Origin: Pseudomonadota bacterium
Lineage (GTDB): Bacteria; Bdellovibrionota_C; UBA2361; OMII01
Direction of reading: 5' to 3'
NCBI GenBank assembly: GCA_043771805.1
Contig: JAYVGZ010000122.1
Coordinates: 1 to 45,546, forward strand
DNA: 45,546 bases
The first letter of the stretch is position 1. Each line of letters opens with the position of its first letter. Positions 44,292 through 45,546 of this stretch are shown in pieces. Under the pieces are notes generated by a model that was not told the DNA's origin, did not search any database, and worked only from the letters and a program-made list of their open reading frames with translations. Position numbers and translations under genes: made by a program.

Positions 44292-44822
44292 TTGGACGAG
44301 AAGGAGTTCCTCTCTCCGTTCGGTATTCGCTCACTTTCAAAGATCCACGCCGACTATCCGTACACCCTCACAATTGATAACGCTCAACACCGCGTCGACT
44401 ACTGTCCGGGCGATTCGAACACTGATTTCTTCGGCGGAAATTCGAACTGGCGTGGACCAGTATGGTTTCCGATCAATATTTTACTGATTGAAGCGTTGGA
44501 GCGGTATGACTTTTTCTACGGAGATTCTCTCACGGTACCCTGCCCCACCGATTCCACAAAGACGATGACGTTACGCGAAGTAGCAAATGAGCTATCACGA
44601 AGATTGGCCGCACTGGTTTCGCGGGGAGCTGATGGGAGTCGTCCGTGCCATGGTAGCGAGGAGAAGTACGCTACTGATCCGCACTGGAAGGATCTCGTTC
44701 TCTTTTATGAACATTTTCACGGGGACACCGGACGTGGAATCGGCGCGAGTCATCAAACGGGGTGGACTGCGCTGGTGGCTTGGTGCTTGGAGCGCTTGCA
44801 AAAACGGGGCGTGACTAGATAA
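44292..44822 (+). pseudogene. C-terminal remnant of a GH63-like (MGH1/YgjK-type) glycoside hydrolase
   Basis: LDEKEFLSPFGIRSLSK...GGNSNWRGPVWFPINILLIEAL...HQTGWTALV resembles only the last ~175 aa of enzymes that I recall being roughly 800 aa. An in-frame TGA lies immediately upstream, and there is no ORF in the preceding 430 nt. Confidence 0.6.
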
Positions 44823-44850
44823 ACTTGTTAGCCTCTTCGACCACGATTCT

Positions 44851-44878
44851 GTTCCCCTACGCTGAGGCTTCGGGGAAC
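44851..44878. terminator. stem-loop between convergent genes
   Basis: gttcccc (44851-44857) pairs with ggggaac (44872-44878) across a 14-nt loop. Weak. Confidence 0.25.
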
Positions 44879-44918
44879 ATGACACTCGGGCAGATGCGAA
44901 GCACTGCTCAACTTAGTG

Positions 44919-45546
44919 TTATCGCGGGAGTACAGAACGGTACAGCAATCTTTCGACTCTCGATAGCAACACGCGCCCTCCCGCGAATTTGCTGACAAAA
45001 TCATCAGCCCCACCGTCAAGTAAGATCACCTCATTATCGTAGCTATCGGCCGAGGTAAGCATGATAACCGGAATACGAACTGTATCTGGATCTCGTCGAA
45101 GCAACCGAAGAGTTTGTAAGCCATTCACATTTGGCATATGGAGGTCGCACACTATCAAATCCGGTTGACATGCGAACACTTGCTGCATGGCTTCACCTCC
45201 GTCATGAGCCTGGATGACTTCATACAGAGCCTTCTCTAGGAATTTCGTTATGAGCATTCGAATTTGTGGGTCATCTTCGACCAGCAGAATTCGCTTCTTA
45301 CCAGATGCGTGCGGGCTAGAATTACCAGATGCGTGCGAGCTAGAATTCGAGGCGTGATACTGCCCATTTGAAGTATCGTGGACATGCGTGAGAATTCTAC
45401 CGGAAAACGCAGAGAGCGGCACTGGATACTGTTCCGCAGGATCCGCGAGGCACGCTTGTTGCGACCGGATAGTTGCTAATGACGCAGGAATCAGATCCCC
45501 CACAGCTCGGGTCGCCTCATCGATAGAGGTCAACCCTTCTGCAATG
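44919..45546 (-). CDS. response regulator with a C-terminal receiver domain (5' end runs off the window)
   Basis: ILLVEDDPQIRMLI, DLIVCDLHMPNVNG, PVIMLTS and DDFVSK are receiver-domain hallmarks. The frame stays open to the window edge upstream of the TTG at 45533. Confidence 0.75.
   Translation of the reverse strand, partial: IAEGLTSIDEATRAVGDLIPASLATIRSQQACLADPAEQYPVPLSAFSGRILTHVHDTSNGQYHASNSSSHASGNSSPHASGKKRILLVEDDPQIRMLITKFLEKALYEVIQAHDGGEAMQQVFACQPDLIVCDLHMPNVNGLQTLRLLRRDPDTVRIPVIMLTSADSYDNEVILLDGGADDFVSKFAGGRVLLSRVERLLYRSVLPR
45298..45345. repeat. 24-bp tandem duplication (x2, one mismatch) inside the response-regulator linker
   Basis: ttaccagatgcgtgcgggctagaa followed by ttaccagatgcgtgcgagctagaa. 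This encodes the repeated SS(S/P)HASG(N/K) linker. Confidence 0.9.

Overview
This 45.5 kb window of about 50% GC comes from a diderm bacterium. That call rests on System I cytochrome c maturation genes, a lipobox lipoprotein and SecA; phylum cannot be fixed from sequence alone. All family calls come from motif recognition by eye, because no HMM or BLAST search could be run.

Layout:
- 0.1-6.0 kb: ccmF, a small TM protein, ccmA, ccmB, ccmC and an untracked 49-codon ccmD, then engB and ribE.
- 6.2 kb: an orphan secreted Cys/His-repeat peptide.
- 6.5-14.3 kb: a thioesterase, a GT-C plus GT4 pair, crcB, an ABC permease/ATPase pair and a large lipoprotein.
- 14.4-19.6 kb: a decayed accessory patch. 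It holds a DUF4143-type AAA ATPase, a fragment of a lipoprotein paralog, a membrane-associated MutS-domain-V ATPase with an A8 tract at its 5' end, and a two-gene TA-like pair whose nucleotidyltransferase is frameshifted by an 8-bp tandem duplication.
- 19.6-25.7 kb: a lipid kinase, secA, hemW and a YheT-like hydrolase.
- 25.8-42.2 kb: a dense envelope-glycosylation region. It has two tandem DUF2298 'YYY' proteins, an SGNH hydrolase, an Agl23/TIGR03663-like protein, two polyprenyl-phosphate GT2 enzymes, a TMTC-like GT-C/TPR protein and a GT4. Two unusual non-coding elements lie inside it: a 173-bp MITE-like hairpin element and a 237-nt array of seven back-to-back stem-loops.
- 42.3-45.5 kb: phnA with an in-frame TGA, a second DUF4143 ATPase, a truncated GH63-like remnant and a partial response regulator.

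The best candidate for an undescribed system is the DUF2298/Agl23-like/GT2/SGNH cluster. No rRNA, tRNA or CRISPR array was seen.
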